Shown here in pieces: positions 49,266 to 62,519 of a stretch of DNA of 64,000 bases. The notes below the pieces were generated by a model. The model saw only the letters and a program-made list of their open reading frames with translations. It was not told the DNA's origin and did no database searches. Within the stretch, counting starts at the first letter, position 1. Every line of letters begins with the position of its first letter. The position numbers were made by a program, and so were the translations under genes. The DNA is from Anthoceros angustus (taxonomy: Eukaryota > Plantae > Anthocerotophyta): assembly GCA_010909165.1 (NCBI GenBank), contig MU008185.1, positions 744,001 through 808,000 on the forward strand, read 5' to 3'.

Positions 49266-52200
49266 GTTTACATCGTTTGTGTGTTGAATTTAAAGAACAT
49301 GTATCTAGACATGAGGGTTTTTTTAATCTATATCGGTATTTCTAATTGTTTGGAATGTTGTTTATGTACTCAATGAATTTTGTCAAATAGTTATAGTATA
49401 ATTCAATTAAAAACATACAAAGAAGAAGAAATTTATTATAGTTGACAAGAGATGGATGACTGTCATGAAACTAAAATAAGATAAATACATATTTTGGAAC
49501 AAAAAAATATAAATACAGATTTTGTAACAAAAACTTAGGCTTCTAGCGGATTCATCACCTTAAACATTCTCATTCACAGAACCTACATTTGTTGAAAGTA
49601 TAATCTTGTAGTACTAGAATTAAGAATGGCGTATGGAAACAACAATGCATTCAACCAGCACTAGCAAACAAGCATACGTTGAAAACATATATACATACGT
49701 AGGTCCGTGCACATGGTGTTACTGGTTAAGGAGGGAATGTCACTGAAGGGGCACTTGATGGTTTTGTGCACAGCCAGTCTAGATTGTAGACTGCGTGTTA
49801 CAAGCAAACAAGATTTCCCAACTGTAGACCCATATTTGCACACAAACTCTGTGAAATGCACTTCAGGCGCTTGAGAATAATAATCTTTACTCCTTTCTTA
49901 AAGATTCTACCATGTGTACAAGCTTGTAATGCTTTGGTGGATTGGTCAACTGCTCTACGTACGGTCTTATAGTCAAGTTGACGAGTTAGCTCTAGGGAAG
50001 TAAAGGAAGAAGCTATTGTGCATAGCTAGTGCAGCTTCGCAGCTTGATTCATAGACTTTGTGTATTGTCCTATCTGCAAGGTTGACGAGTTAGCTCTATG
50101 GAATTAAAGGAAGAAGCTATTGTGCATAGCTAGCACTGCTTTGCGGTTGATTCTTGGTCTTTGTATATTTTCCTATTCACAAAGAGTGAGAATGGAGCTG
50201 TTTTGCTAACGTGCATGATGGTTAGGAGCGTTTGTGAATTCTGTGATCCGTGATAAGATTTTGATGAAATGATGGAAATCTTGTGTTCTTAGATAGTCGC
50301 GCAATGTAAAATGTTATCTGCCCCTTTGAGTGCCTGCCCCCAAACGCAATTATTAATGGATCCGAAAAGTGCGATAACCAAGCCAAATGACTCCGAAAAA
50401 TGAGGCAAAGATGGAGAGCACTTCAATTGCCATTTCTTCATGCACACAAGAGTAAGTTGGGGCATCATTGGAGAACGCAACATGCACACGGACACACAAA
50501 AAAATCCCATATTCTAAAAGAGACGCACCTCATAAAACCTATTATGGAATACCTCTGGTCATACGGGAGCGTGTGTGTGACTTTCTTTTTTTTGGGTGTA
50601 CGCTACGGAAATATGCCATGATATCTTTCAAATACTTACATACAATACACGTATAATACATGCATATAATACACATATAATACATGCCACACAGCTTCTG
50701 TAGGTTCGTACGCGGGGCAAAAACTTTGTATGACACGATCATAGGCCTGGTGTTCCGATTGTGTCATGCACATGTTTTCTTGTTTAGGGTTTTACGTTTC
50801 GATCCGATCACCATACAAACATGTTAAACAGGCGGGCAAGACACATACACAAATTTTTGTTCGTAGGCCTGCATAGGCCAAGAAATTGAACGCAAATCCT
50901 CCGCTTGGACGTGTTGCTTACACTGTATGTGCAAGAAGGAGAGGCTGTGGGTGCAGTCCCTACGTTTCAGTGTGGTTGACTACTAAGATGCTTCTGTTAT
51001 GCTTGCAGTTGGATGGGGCGCTGAGACCAAGATGATAGTCATCCGAACTGCATCCACGGCCGTTGTCACAGCTGGTCCAGATCCAACACCTGCTCCTCAT
51101 GCCGCATCGGCCGAGTGATCTCGCGTCTCTTAGGAGACGGAACATGTGAGGCCAGCGGTTGCTAACGCAACCACTGACAACCCTAAAGAAATGTGGATGC
51201 CGCGTGACCAGAGATGGAATATTGTGTGCCGCAATGGCGCGGCAACGCAAATGACCTAAACGCAACCCTAAACACAAGAGAAGAAAAGTTTCTGTGTATC
51301 GTGAAATCTTTTCGCGCATCATGGGGTAGGTTGACGACATCGGGACATAGTGGGGCCGCAGCCCCGACCGATGTGGTCATGCGTGACATACCGAAATAGT
51401 TCCGCTGTATGCGGCGAGACTGTTTCTTTCTGTCCACAACCCTAAAAAAATGTGGATGCCGCATGACTAGATCGGTATTCCATAACCTATGAAATATAAT
51501 ATCCTTCCAAATAATGCCTAACCCAAAAAGGTTAAGAACTTTGATACAATCCAATAAATCAAGATTCATCACCAAATAAGAAATCGATTTAGTGAATGTG
51601 CCGACATTGTGTAGATAAGTTTGAAGAATAAAATATTATGTTTCAGCATAAGATGGTTATTATGGAAGGTCAAAACAAGCCTTTAGAGATTCCAAGCTAT
51701 GTATGTACATACATACATACGTAGGTCCGTGCATGGTGTTACTGGTTAAGGAGGGAATGTCACTGAAGGGGCACTTTATGGTCTTGTGCGCAGCCAGCCT
51801 AGATTGCAGACTGCGTGTCACAAGCTTAGTGGAAGGCGGCCCAGCAAGAAGCTTTGGGTCTGCTAACGGTTTAGGCGCCGCGTAGACGTTGAACGGGAGC
51901 GGTGGCGGATGGTGGACGGGACTGGAGACTGGAGCGCTGCTGGCCCCTGTCGCAAATCCCGATTCCATGCAATCATAGCACAAGTACATCCATGCAAGAT
52001 TATGCACACACCTTGCTTGCTACAGTAGCCGCAACTTACAAGCGGAAGAGCTCTGATGAGTCGACTCCTGCGGCAGGCCCAGGCCCTGGCCCTGGCCCTG
52101 GCTGGCCCTGGCTCTGCCTGACCTGGAAGCTGGCACGACGTCCCTTTAATCCCTTCCCAGCTGCCAAAAAAAGGAAGCGGAGGAATGCGGCTCCCATCTT

Positions 52201-52341
52201 GATGACCTTGCTCACATTGATTGCGCTCCCTGGAGACCAGTGCGCAGATGACACTTCCATCCAGAACCACCGCTTAATTCGGCATAGGAGATTCCTGCTC
52301 GGTCTCACTCAATGCTGGCGTCTCGCAAGGTGGGGCCGAGA

Positions 52342-55300
52342 TCATTCCAGCTTCGAACTTCGGGCTGCTGTTCCCGTGCCGTCCGGCCGCGCGGGCGACA
52401 GGCCCACGCGCCATGGCGGAGAAAGGGAAGGGCTGGACGAGGGAGCTAAGGACGAGGAGTACAAAGTCGCTCTGACACGAATGGAGTGGATACGCGATTT
52501 ACCAGCTGTGGTGGTCTAACTCACAGTTAGGGTGACCAGGTCCGTGATCAATCGTACCTGGAGCCCCCGAGGGTCGAGGAAGATGAGGACGCTACATCTG
52601 GTGAGGCGATGCTGTGCTTACTCACAGCAAGCCCTGATTCCACACCGCCTACACCGTGAGGTCCTAGCCAGCCGGGGGAAGCGTTGGCCCTGACTGAAAG
52701 CTGGGTGACGTGGATCTCCCGTAGAGGGCCAAGGGCAGCTCCCAGATCAGCCCCTTCTGAGGACGCAGGGCTGGATCCGCCGCTCCAGTCCTCTGGTATT
52801 GTTAGAGGTATATGCTGCAAGGAGATCCGACACAGCGGGCAGCTGAAGTTGCTTCGTAGCCATTTCTTTATACAGTGCACATGGAAGATGTGCGTACATA
52901 CTGGAACTGCACATAGCACTTCTGCTGCGGCATAGTCGTTCAGACATATTGGACACCTGCACACATAAGTGTAAAGCTCCGTGTCAAACCCTAACCTAGG
53001 AAGAAGACTCTGGAGGAACAGGAGGTTCTGGAAAACGCAAATGCACAACTCACTGGGTCTCTTCTTTCCCAAGAATGCCCTCCCTGTAGACGAGGAGAGG
53101 AAATGTTTCCAACACTGTTTTGTCTAGCCCCTCTGTACCAACAAGACTCTGTGAAGGAGATGCGACAATTAAACACATTTAGCTTGGCAAGTAGACCTCG
53201 CTGTATCTAGGGGTACTAGAGCTGAAAGAAAGCGGCCTTATTCATGTGGGCGAAGTACCTCAGCATGGGTGTGAGTGGCGGACATTTCGACAATGTCACG
53301 CCCATCTCGCCCGTGATTCATCAAGATCTTGCAAATGCCCATGGAGAGACAAACAAACATTGAACTCATAAGAGCCACCAGGAGAATCATCCACGTTCTC
53401 AGTGACCTAGCTCCTCGACCTGCAAAGCACAAGCATGTTAAGCCAGGTCATTTTCCTTGAACGACAGGCATTGTGCACGAAAAGGAAAACATGGGAGTGC
53501 GAAACGGGGTTGACTGGAAACCTGAATAGAAGGCAACAAAAATCTCGAAGGTTACGTCTTCATGTACTGCATAGTCTACGTTGAACAGCCCCAGAATCAA
53601 GTCCCCTTGAGAAACCAGTGACGGGTCCAGTTCATACTCCTCAGACATGATAGCCATGGCGTTTGACGTGGAGAAGCGCAAATAGTAATCTGTGAGAGTT
53701 GGAAACCTGTTTGTTTGAGCAACAAGAACAGGGCATCCTCCGCTTCGGCTGAAAGATAAAGAGATGTTGCCATTATCACTGAAATCAGACGCTTGCAGCC
53801 TGAGATATTTTGCCTGGCCTGGATGCAGCGTCCCATTAATTTTGCATTGCGGTTTCACTGCATGAACGCCTGCTTCACGCACAAACAGTTGGAAGATTTC
53901 CAAGGATGGTCAGCTCAGACATAGCCTACAAACGTTTTCACAAAGCTTGGAATCAAGCACGGTGCTTCAATTGCTGCTGGAGAGGGACTTACTACTTTCA
54001 CAGAAATGTCCACCATAGTCATCTTTACACTGGCACACACCATCTTGGACACATAGTCCATTAGGATGCGAACAGTTCAAGGGGCAGAGGGCCACATCGC
54101 TGGTAAGAGAGGCTGCCCAGATAGTTAGGTTAACTTGTGCTGACTGTTGCACACAATTGTTGCTGTTCAATATCCCAACATGAAACCGTCCTGCTCCAGT
54201 TCCGTTCAAGTGGTGATGGCTCAGTCTGCTGAGGTAGCTGAGCTTGTCACTGTAATCATCTAGGTCAGACTCTGAAGGCAGGCTCTGGGAAGTAAGGTCA
54301 GGATTTCCGGGCTTTAAAAAGAGCGCCACATCACCATACGCCCGAGAAATCTCCACCAAAAATCGGCCATGACCGTCAGGGACCTGACAACAGCAGTCGT
54401 CATATGGCTCAGTATAACACGTTTTCTGGCATCAGCATGTCAAATCTGACCAGAAGGAGAAGTTCAAAACACCGTGGTATGGCATGACCGCAACTGAAGA
54501 TAGTCGACTACAGGGACCATCAACTTGAAGAATGATGCTCATCATACCTCAAAACTGTAAAACTTCCACACGCCAGGTCCTATAGTGAATTGTAAGGGAC
54601 CGACAACGCCTCCCAATTCTGGATTCTGGAACGGGGTTACAGGCTCCACACCTGCAAAAAGGAGGAGAGCAGGTGTGTCAAAAACGAGCTTGCCAGCTGA
54701 CGGACTACCAGATGAAGTTTTGCCTGGCGAGTCCAACGCTTACCCGGAGCACAAGGTGTGTCGACACTGGCCCTCACACATCTGCAGGTCCTTGGGCCCA
54801 CGCATAGTCCACTTGGGGCACTACAGTTTTGGACGCAAGATTGTGTGTCTGCTCACAGCACAATCCATGAAACGCGGTTGAATGAAACCAGTAGCAAACC
54901 ACAAGAAGGATAACAAAAAGGAAAACAGACTGTGAAGCAGAACACTCACCAGAGCACCAAGCTCTGATCACAATATCGGCAGAGTTGGTTGTTGTGGCTA
55001 AAATCGCAAACCAGCTAAGCTCTTCACTGTGTTTGTCGATAGGTATGGTAATGGGGAGGAAGTGTCCGTCGGCTGAACAAAAAACACATAAACAGAATAA
55101 GGCATCTACACGGACACAATGTGGGTGTTGCCTGGGGATTGGTAATCATATGGATGCACATACCAATCCAGGGAATGGTTCGGTTGCCGTTGCCGGACGT
55201 GTTGAAATCCAGCTTCACCTCCGTACCAGAACCATAGCCCCATCTCAGAGATTTATCGACATGCGTACCATCGGCATCGGCAGGCCAAACGTCCAAGTGC

Positions 55301-55597
55301 AGGAAGCCCTGATCGTTATCCACCCCAGGGAGGCAGCCGCGCAGCTGTACCCTGTAGGTTGTATTAGTACCCGGCTGGATGGTGTCGCGCATGCAGCTGA
55401 AATCTGGCACAATTGTGGGGAATTCCTGGGCAGCAGCGGAGGGGCCGTCTGCGGATCAACAGACGGACGTTCAGCTGAACGCAGAAAAAGCGCGGATCGC
55501 AGGCGGCGAGGGGAAATGGAGAATGCTTACCCAGGAGGGCGGCGAGGAGGAGGAGCAATGGCAGGAGATGGGCCAAGCCGGGCGGGGACGGAATCAT
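52342..55597 (-). CDS. Receptor-like ATL-type RING-H2 E3 ligase: signal peptide, ectodomain with two EGF-like modules, TM, GLD motif, RING-H2 (3' end 52548 or 52342)
   Basis: SP MIPSPPGLAHLLPLLLLLAALL. EGF1 CVQNCSAPSGLCVGPRTCRCVRASVDTPC (54848-54744). EGF2 CPLNCSHPNGLCVQDGVCQCKDDYGGHFC. TM WMILLVALMSSMFVCLSMGIC. GLDKTVLETFPLLVY (exon 53148-53054). RING C-x2-C-x15-C-x-H-x2-H-x2-C-x10-C-x2-C. Exons join in compatible phases by GT-AG introns. Confidence 0.8.
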
Positions 55598-56837
55598 AAC
55601 GCGAAGGCGACGCGGGCAGAATCATCCGGGCGCGCTCCACTGCCACCACCAGCGGCAGAAGAGCAGCAGCAGGAGGTGGCGTGTTGGGCACCAGAGCAGG
55701 CAGCCGTTGGTGATGTTCCCGGAAGCGAGCAGGGCGAGCGAGGCGGGAAGGCGGACTGCTGCTGAAGCCGCGGCCACGCTGAGAGCAGCCAAATCCCGGG
55801 CGGAGGCTGCTGCCGTTGCGGAGTGGGCTGCGACCAGCAGGCGCAGGAGGCGAGCAGGGGATGGCGGCATGGCGAGGGCTGTGCAGGCCCCTGGTGCCGA
55901 TGCGGGTGCGCGCAGCTGCAGCTGCAGCCTGCAGGCAGGCAGTGGGCAAGGCCGGCGCAACCTGATGCCAGAGTTCGCCTTCCCCGGCTGCAGCCTGCCA
56001 CCCGCGGGCCCCGACCACTGTATGCATATTTTACACACCACGCGAGGCCAGACGAGCCTAGGCTCGGCCACCCCAGCCCAGCCTCTTTTTCTCTCTCGTC
56101 GCACTCCTCTCCTCGCTTCCTGCATGCCCATGCCGGTCTCTCCAGGGCTCACCTTCCATCGTCCTTTAAGATTTTTTCTTCTTCCTTCTTGCTTGACCAC
56201 ACACTAACTCTCCTTCTTCCTTCATCCTCCTTTCTTGAACAGAGAGACTATGTCCTCCCTCCTTCCTCCCTTCCCCCTTTCTCCAACATTTGAAAGCTCT
56301 CGTCTCCCTCTGTTCCTCGCCCGTCTTCCTTCTCCTTCTCCCTTCTCCTTTTTCCCTGATTGTACTGTTCCTCCGTCTTCAACCTTTCAGAAGGTCTCGT
56401 CTTTGCTCGTGCCTTGAACATTTCACAGCTTTCCTCACTTTCTTCTCCTTGAATTTTCAGAAGCTCTCTTGAACATTTCGCGGCTCTGGGTGCGTCGTGC
56501 TGCATTCTTAGGGAAGACCTTATGGTTCCTTCCGTGAGCATTCACTAGCATTGGATCCCTTCATGTACTCATATCTCGACATCATGAGGAAAACGGATGC
56601 TGTGAACCCGTGGAAGTCACACAAGCAGAAAATGTGGGAAGAGTGCAAGTGAGGATTTCGAGACCGCACCGCATGTTGATAGGGTACGTACGCAGCGAAT
56701 GCTCAACGTACGTCATTTGAGGGTTTCGACTCAGGTGGCAGGTGAGGGGTGTGTAGCAATTGCTCAGCGTGCGCATTTGGTGGGTCGTGATTCACACAGC
56801 ATGTATGTTTGGTGGGCATGTCTCTTTAGATTGTTGC

Positions 56838-59229
56838 TCACAGCATGTGTTGCAACAAACGAAGACCTACCACGCACCCCACAATTGTGCCAATTGTATA
56901 GCCAAACGTGCCGACCACCAATGCAGGCCGCACCTGTGGAGGACAAAAAAAACAGACAGACAAGCGAGGCCTCAGTCCTTTCCTAGCCTGCTCCAGGTGA
57001 AGGCTAGGATTCTACTTGCGCCCAGGGGCGGCGGGGGCTTACCAGTCCGGGCCAGCTCCTGGCGTTTGCCATAGCTGCAGCCGTGGCGGGACCTCCTATG
57101 TTTGCATTAGACGCGACCAGAAGCTGCTCGCGTGCACCATCCAGGGGTCAGAGGTAATGACACTACTTGCAAATGTAGGGAGGGGGAGAAGCGGCAGCTT
57201 ACAGTTCGCATAGGAAGGCGAGCTAAGCGTCCAAGACCGAGGATGATGGCCAAGTGTACCTGAAGTAGATGGATGAGACTGGAGTTTAATGGCAAAGGTG
57301 TAAATGCTGAAGGTGTGGCAGACTCTGAGGCGGTGCTTACCAGCATGACCGTGAGAATGAAGACCACCAGAGCCCAGCCACCCCTTACCGCTTCCATAGG
57401 ATTCGTTGAGGCTCCGATCTGCGAAGCCAGTGTCTGGAATGAGCGCGACCGGATCACGGTCATGCTGTTGATCTACCGCTGCCTGGGGTGAAGGATTACT
57501 TACCACAGAGAAGAAGAAAAGCATGAGAGCTCCGCCAAGAGTTTGTGAGCCAGCGAACAGTGGTACCCTTGCGCCTTCCGTCACACCACACACCTTTGCG
57601 CCCACAGCTGAGAAGAGCGACGCAACTACTGCCATAATGGCTAGCCCAGAACCTGAGCGAACAAGCAGAAGGTACTGAGGAAGGCATATGATCATCATAC
57701 GTCAAAGAGCCCACCTCATGTGCCGTGTTCAGACCTGCGAATGAAGGAGGAAGGACTGAAGCAATGGCACTTCCCAAAGTGCACGCCACAGCAGCTGCAG
57801 CTATGGAGATAGCAATCGTTTCCACAGTCGATTCAGGATCAGTTTTCTCTGCCGCATCTGATGTTGGTGGTGGTCAGGTCCACACCTAGGTACTACATGT
57901 CAGACTTTTTGTACGCAACAGAGCCTTAGAAAGAGTCACCTTCCTCCCAGCACAGTCCCGATTGTCAGTACCAACCTGTAGCTTCCAGCTCCTTTGCTGG
58001 TTTTGCACTATCATCGGGGATTGACATGATAATGCTAAAATATACCGCCATGGCAAGATTGTCTGCAGCCATTCCAGCTGCCAAGGTGCTCCCAGAAGTC
58101 AAGCCCAACGCCTGCAGTGAGCCAACAACCCAAGTTAATGAATTGCAAGAAATGAAGACTTTGGCCTACTAGCTCTGAGCAACATGTAGAGCTGAACTAA
58201 ATTGACCTGAGCTGTAGCAGCGTAGTTGATACTACCTCCGATGTAGCTTGAACACAAGGATGATGCAATCTAGCACAAGCGGAGATCATTCAAGGTCAAG
58301 CCACTAGGTCCGCAAGTTGCTGAAACAGAGAGCAGATGTAGATGTGGAGCCTCTCTTACACCTTCCATCCATCTGGCCCAAGCTGCCTGCCGATGCACCA
58401 GTAGGCCAGAATAGTCCCAAGGACCGTCCCAATAGACCCAAACCCAAAGGCTTTCAACGTTGAGCCTGCATTGCGTTCAGCAGCATTCAGTCAATGCACA
58501 AGGTGACCTCCACTCCACCCAACAAGAGTAACGAATGCGCTGCAACAAACCCGCACCAGCGTCAGTGAAGGCACGCGCAACATCGGTTTCCAGAAGCGAC
58601 AGGGCAACTGCCATGGGCATCAAAGCGCTGAACACCTACACCCTCAGCAATCCACATGTCAGCATTTCCGGAGCAAATTTTGAGGAGCAGTCTCGCCATT
58701 CAGCAAGGCATCTCACCGACTCATAAGTTGGTGCAGCAGACGGTATAATTTGAGCTGCAGAGAGCGCCATGCCCACCCCCATGGCCAGAAGGGGAGCCGA
58801 CACCCGGGCCCCCCATTTGGTCCTCGACTCTGCAATCTGCTTTGCTTCCGAACCATTAGTCCTTCACCTCTACCAGCCCAAAGCAGCCCACAGCAACACA
58901 GAGGCCAGAATCGTTACCTGCCCGATGGCTGCGCAGGCTGCAAGCACGCCGTAGAGAATGCTACCGCTATCAGGCGCCACCAAGGACATCGTGGTCTCCC
59001 GCTTCCTTTGCCTGGCCCGCCAAACTTCCCACCACCTTCTCCTGCATGAAAGCAAGCACAAATCTGTCCATCTAGACACGGCAGCCAATTTGTGACGCTG
59101 CCCTTGGACTGTAGCCTGCCGATACCGTGCAACAACTGCCCGCACTACGACAGCATTTTGGCAACCGCATGATGAGGTCAAGGCCCCGGGCACTCTCTGG
59201 GTCAAAGAAGATAGGCCGACGGAACTCAT
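56838..59229 (-). CDS. DUF819 (YjcL-like) multi-pass membrane protein, possibly plastid-targeted; multi-exon; start uncertain
   Basis: SAPLLAMG, ASSLCSSYIGGSINY, GMAADNL, LMLFFFSV, LLVASNANIGGPATAAAMA, ALVGTFGYTIGT; stop TGA at 56840-56838. Confidence 0.85.
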
Positions 59230-59881
59230 CGCTTCCAGCTCCGATTCTTTCACTCCACCGTCCAATGATGGTGTGAAATCATCTGCTGACAAGCAACAGC
59301 TCACAGTCTGCTGCAGTCCTACTATATTTCAAAGCATGCACAACCCAAGTGAGAGCCCACACCCACCGCTGAGGCCGAGCAATCTCTGGCCGTCAGACTA
59401 CCGGTACGTCTGTGGAAGGCAGAATTCGCGGGTGTTGGAATGGTTTTTTGTCCGGATAGCTTGTGTCCACAGAATGTAAAGTACACATGTCTGCATCCGT
59501 TGTTGATAATTCGTTGATCACCGGTGGCTGACATCGTGTTGCACGGGCAAGAAGGATTGGAAGCAAGCTTCCCGTTCTGTGCGATCCCCGTTGTCCACTA
59601 AAAACGGTGGTAGTTGTGTTTTACGATTTACCGGGCTGCTGTTTAGGGATTTGCTTGCTTTCAGTTTGCCGGTTGGAAGATGGCGGGAAGCGCAAGAGCG
59701 TTTCCGCAATTTGTTGCATTGCTGGAGATGAAGCTGCTGTCTGCTTGCTGCCAGCGGCATGGGATCAGATGACTGCAGGGGAGCTGCCGCATAGGCTGCT
59801 ATACGGCCGTACGCCCTGCCACAATTTCACACATCCAGATCTGTGCGTGTGCGTGTGAGTGCGGTGGCGGAAAGAGCGAGC

Positions 59882-60918
59882 ATGGCAAGCACGGCTGTAA
59901 TCCAGAAGGTAAGAGCAGTGGCAGTGCTTGCCTCAGGTAGTTGGATCAGTGTCTTGTGTTGGAGTGGGAAGGGTGTTGTTCTCGCTGGGAGCAACAGGAT
60001 TTGAGGTACGGAGGTTGGGCCCGCAGGTTGTGGAGGATCAGGTGTTGACTGCAGCTAAGGTTATTGAGCAGCAGTTAGATGAGCAGATCGACAGATTGGA
60101 ACGCTTGGATGAGGACGACCTTGAGCAGCTGCGGGAGCGGAGATTGCAGCAGATGAAGAAGCTAGCTGCCAAGCGACAGGAATGGCTTGCCCAGGGTCAC
60201 GGCGAGTACGCGGAACTGCAGAACGAGAAGGAGTTTTTCGCCAAGGTGAAGGCGAACGAACGTGTTGTTTGCCACTTTTATAGGGAAAACTGGCCGTGCA
60301 AGGTGACTTTCTGGCAGCAGCACCTGTCATCTCCTTGTGATGTTCGCTCCTTACCATGGAAGTTACCGTATGTCTTGTTTCCGAACAAATGCTGGCGAGG
60401 GAGTGATATGAAGTGCTTACTGTGTGTGCTTTGGGTTGAGTCCTGTGCTATTCCAACATGGAAGATGACAGCTCATCACGCTCGTGCTTCAGGTGGTGGA
60501 CAAACATCTGACTATTCTGTGCAAGCAGCATATGGAGACTCTGTTCGTAAGAATCAATGCAGAAAAGAGTCCCTTCCTTACAGAGAGGTTGAAGATAGTT
60601 GTGCTACCAACCTTGGCCCTCATCAAGGATGCCAAAGTCAATGATTACGTGGTATGTTCCAGTCCTCTAGTCCTGTTAGTTGCTGGCTCATGTTCAGCTC
60701 AAAACAGCCAGAATGTGTCTGAGTGTTTGCACGCACAGGTTGGGTTTGACGAGCTCGGTGGCAAGGACGATTTCAGCACTGAAGACCTTGAGGAGAGACT
60801 TGCAAGAGGAGGATTTGTTCTCCTGGATGGGGCCGTAAGCAAAGAGAAGGTTCCTGTCCCAAAGAGGCGGAGTGTTCGACAGAGCGACTCCAAGGATGAC
60901 TCTGAGGATGATGACTAG
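59882..60918 (+). CDS. PLP3: Phosducin-like protein 3 / thioredoxin domain-containing protein 9 homolog, 4 exons
   Basis: LDEDDLEQLRERRLQQMKK...GHGEY...VVCHFYRENWPCK|VVDKHL...INAEKSPFLTERLKIVVLPTL...|VGFDELGGKDDFSTEDLEERL; acidic tail. Confidence 0.95.
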
Positions 60919-62519
60919 ATGCTATGACATGGGAAGTCTTTCATTCGTGTCGGCACTGCAAGAAGAACACTGCACTGAAGGAATTTATTTATCGTGCTGC
61001 TGATGTGGGTGGTGGCCAGGGGTGTACCTTGAAAGTGCAACGAAGTGTACATGATGGGCTGCTCATCTCATAGATCTTTTGACTTTAGTGGGTGCTCAGA
61101 CGTATCCTCTCACCTCGATCGGATGTGGAGCACCCTGCCCAAATTTAAGGGGAGCCCGAATGCTTGTTCGGAGGAGGGGACGGTGCCCCTGCGTGTGTGC
61201 TTATATCTAGCGCCTAGTACATAAGCAAACCGCAGACCAATCTGGAATGTGCCCGAGTCAAAACTGGCCTGCAGACTCTCCATAGGTATTACACAACCTA
61301 AATAAAAGTAAATCAAATAAAACTTCTAGTTGACTTCGAATACCGTTCTTTCCTATGGGTACCTACACGTACACATTACGTTCTTTCCTACGTGTATGTA
61401 TGCGTGTCATTGGCCCCCATCTTATGGCTCCTGGCGAACTCCTCGTGGCACATCGGTAAGAAGGAAAAGTGGGGGAGGAAGTTTTTTATTTTAAAAATTA
61501 TATTAAAGTGAATTATCAAACAAGATTTTGAAGTATTAATTGATTTTTTATTTGACAATCTTGTAGACTAAGCTTAAGAGTATTTTCAAATCCCTTAACC
61601 GTTCTTCTTTTAAACTTTTACAAGCGGTTAAACTACTTGAAATGCATCTTTCATTTCTTGTAGATGTGGTTGTAGAGCACTTATACATGGATACATCTTT
61701 AGACTCCGATGTGTGTTTCAACTAATCTTCGAGATAGCCTATCATTTTTTCTAGCATCCAACCATCTTCGAAGGTTTCTAATTAATTAGAGGGATGCTAA
61801 TGTTGAAGAATGTTTGAAATTAAAATTATTGTCAACTGCACACTGACCATGGCACAAACTTTTATCTAGCATCTCCTACACTGTATTGGCCAACTTAAAT
61901 CTAAAGAATGGTTTCCTTAAGCCCATGTAAATGCGTGTTTATTGCTACAGTTTTGTAAAAATTTGAAAACCGAGTGTCGCTAGCTTTGATTGAGCATCCT
62001 TAGATTATGTCAAATAAAATTTCATTTAACTTGACTACGACCTGCATAGCCATGGTTAGACCTTTGTGTCCAAACCAATGAAACTACAATCTTGCCCTAT
62101 GGGTTGTGTCGCACGAAGTAAGCACTTGAATTCATATAAGCACTTCCTCGACCAACAACCAAGCAAACAAATCTAATACGCAGATATATAGGTGCAAACC
62201 AATAACAATAGGAGGGAGTAGCTCGCACATCGTGGCACAAACACACTCTCCTCACGAGAACAACATGCAAATTCCTCACACATCACTCTCAGAGTCATAG
62301 CTTTGGCCTCCTCACAACGCTCTTGCATTGCATATTTAGAGGACAAACTATGATATGAGCTTGTACTCAATGGAAGGGTCTATATATACTAGCCCTTGGC
62401 ATCGGCATATTCTTAAGATATCATATTGGCATCAGCATATGTCAAAAATATTCTAAAAATATACTATGCAAGGAATATGCCAAAGCATATTACTTGAGCT
62501 TATCCACTTACCTATTGTA

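Noticed and set aside
51902-52519. 205 aa plus-strand ORF
   Set aside because: No recognisable motif, non-ATG start, and it overlaps the probable last exon/3' UTR of the RING gene in antisense.
55379-56293. Several 130-190 aa Ala/Arg-rich ORFs
   Set aside because: GC-rich 5' UTR/promoter region of the EGF-RING gene; all frames similarly open.
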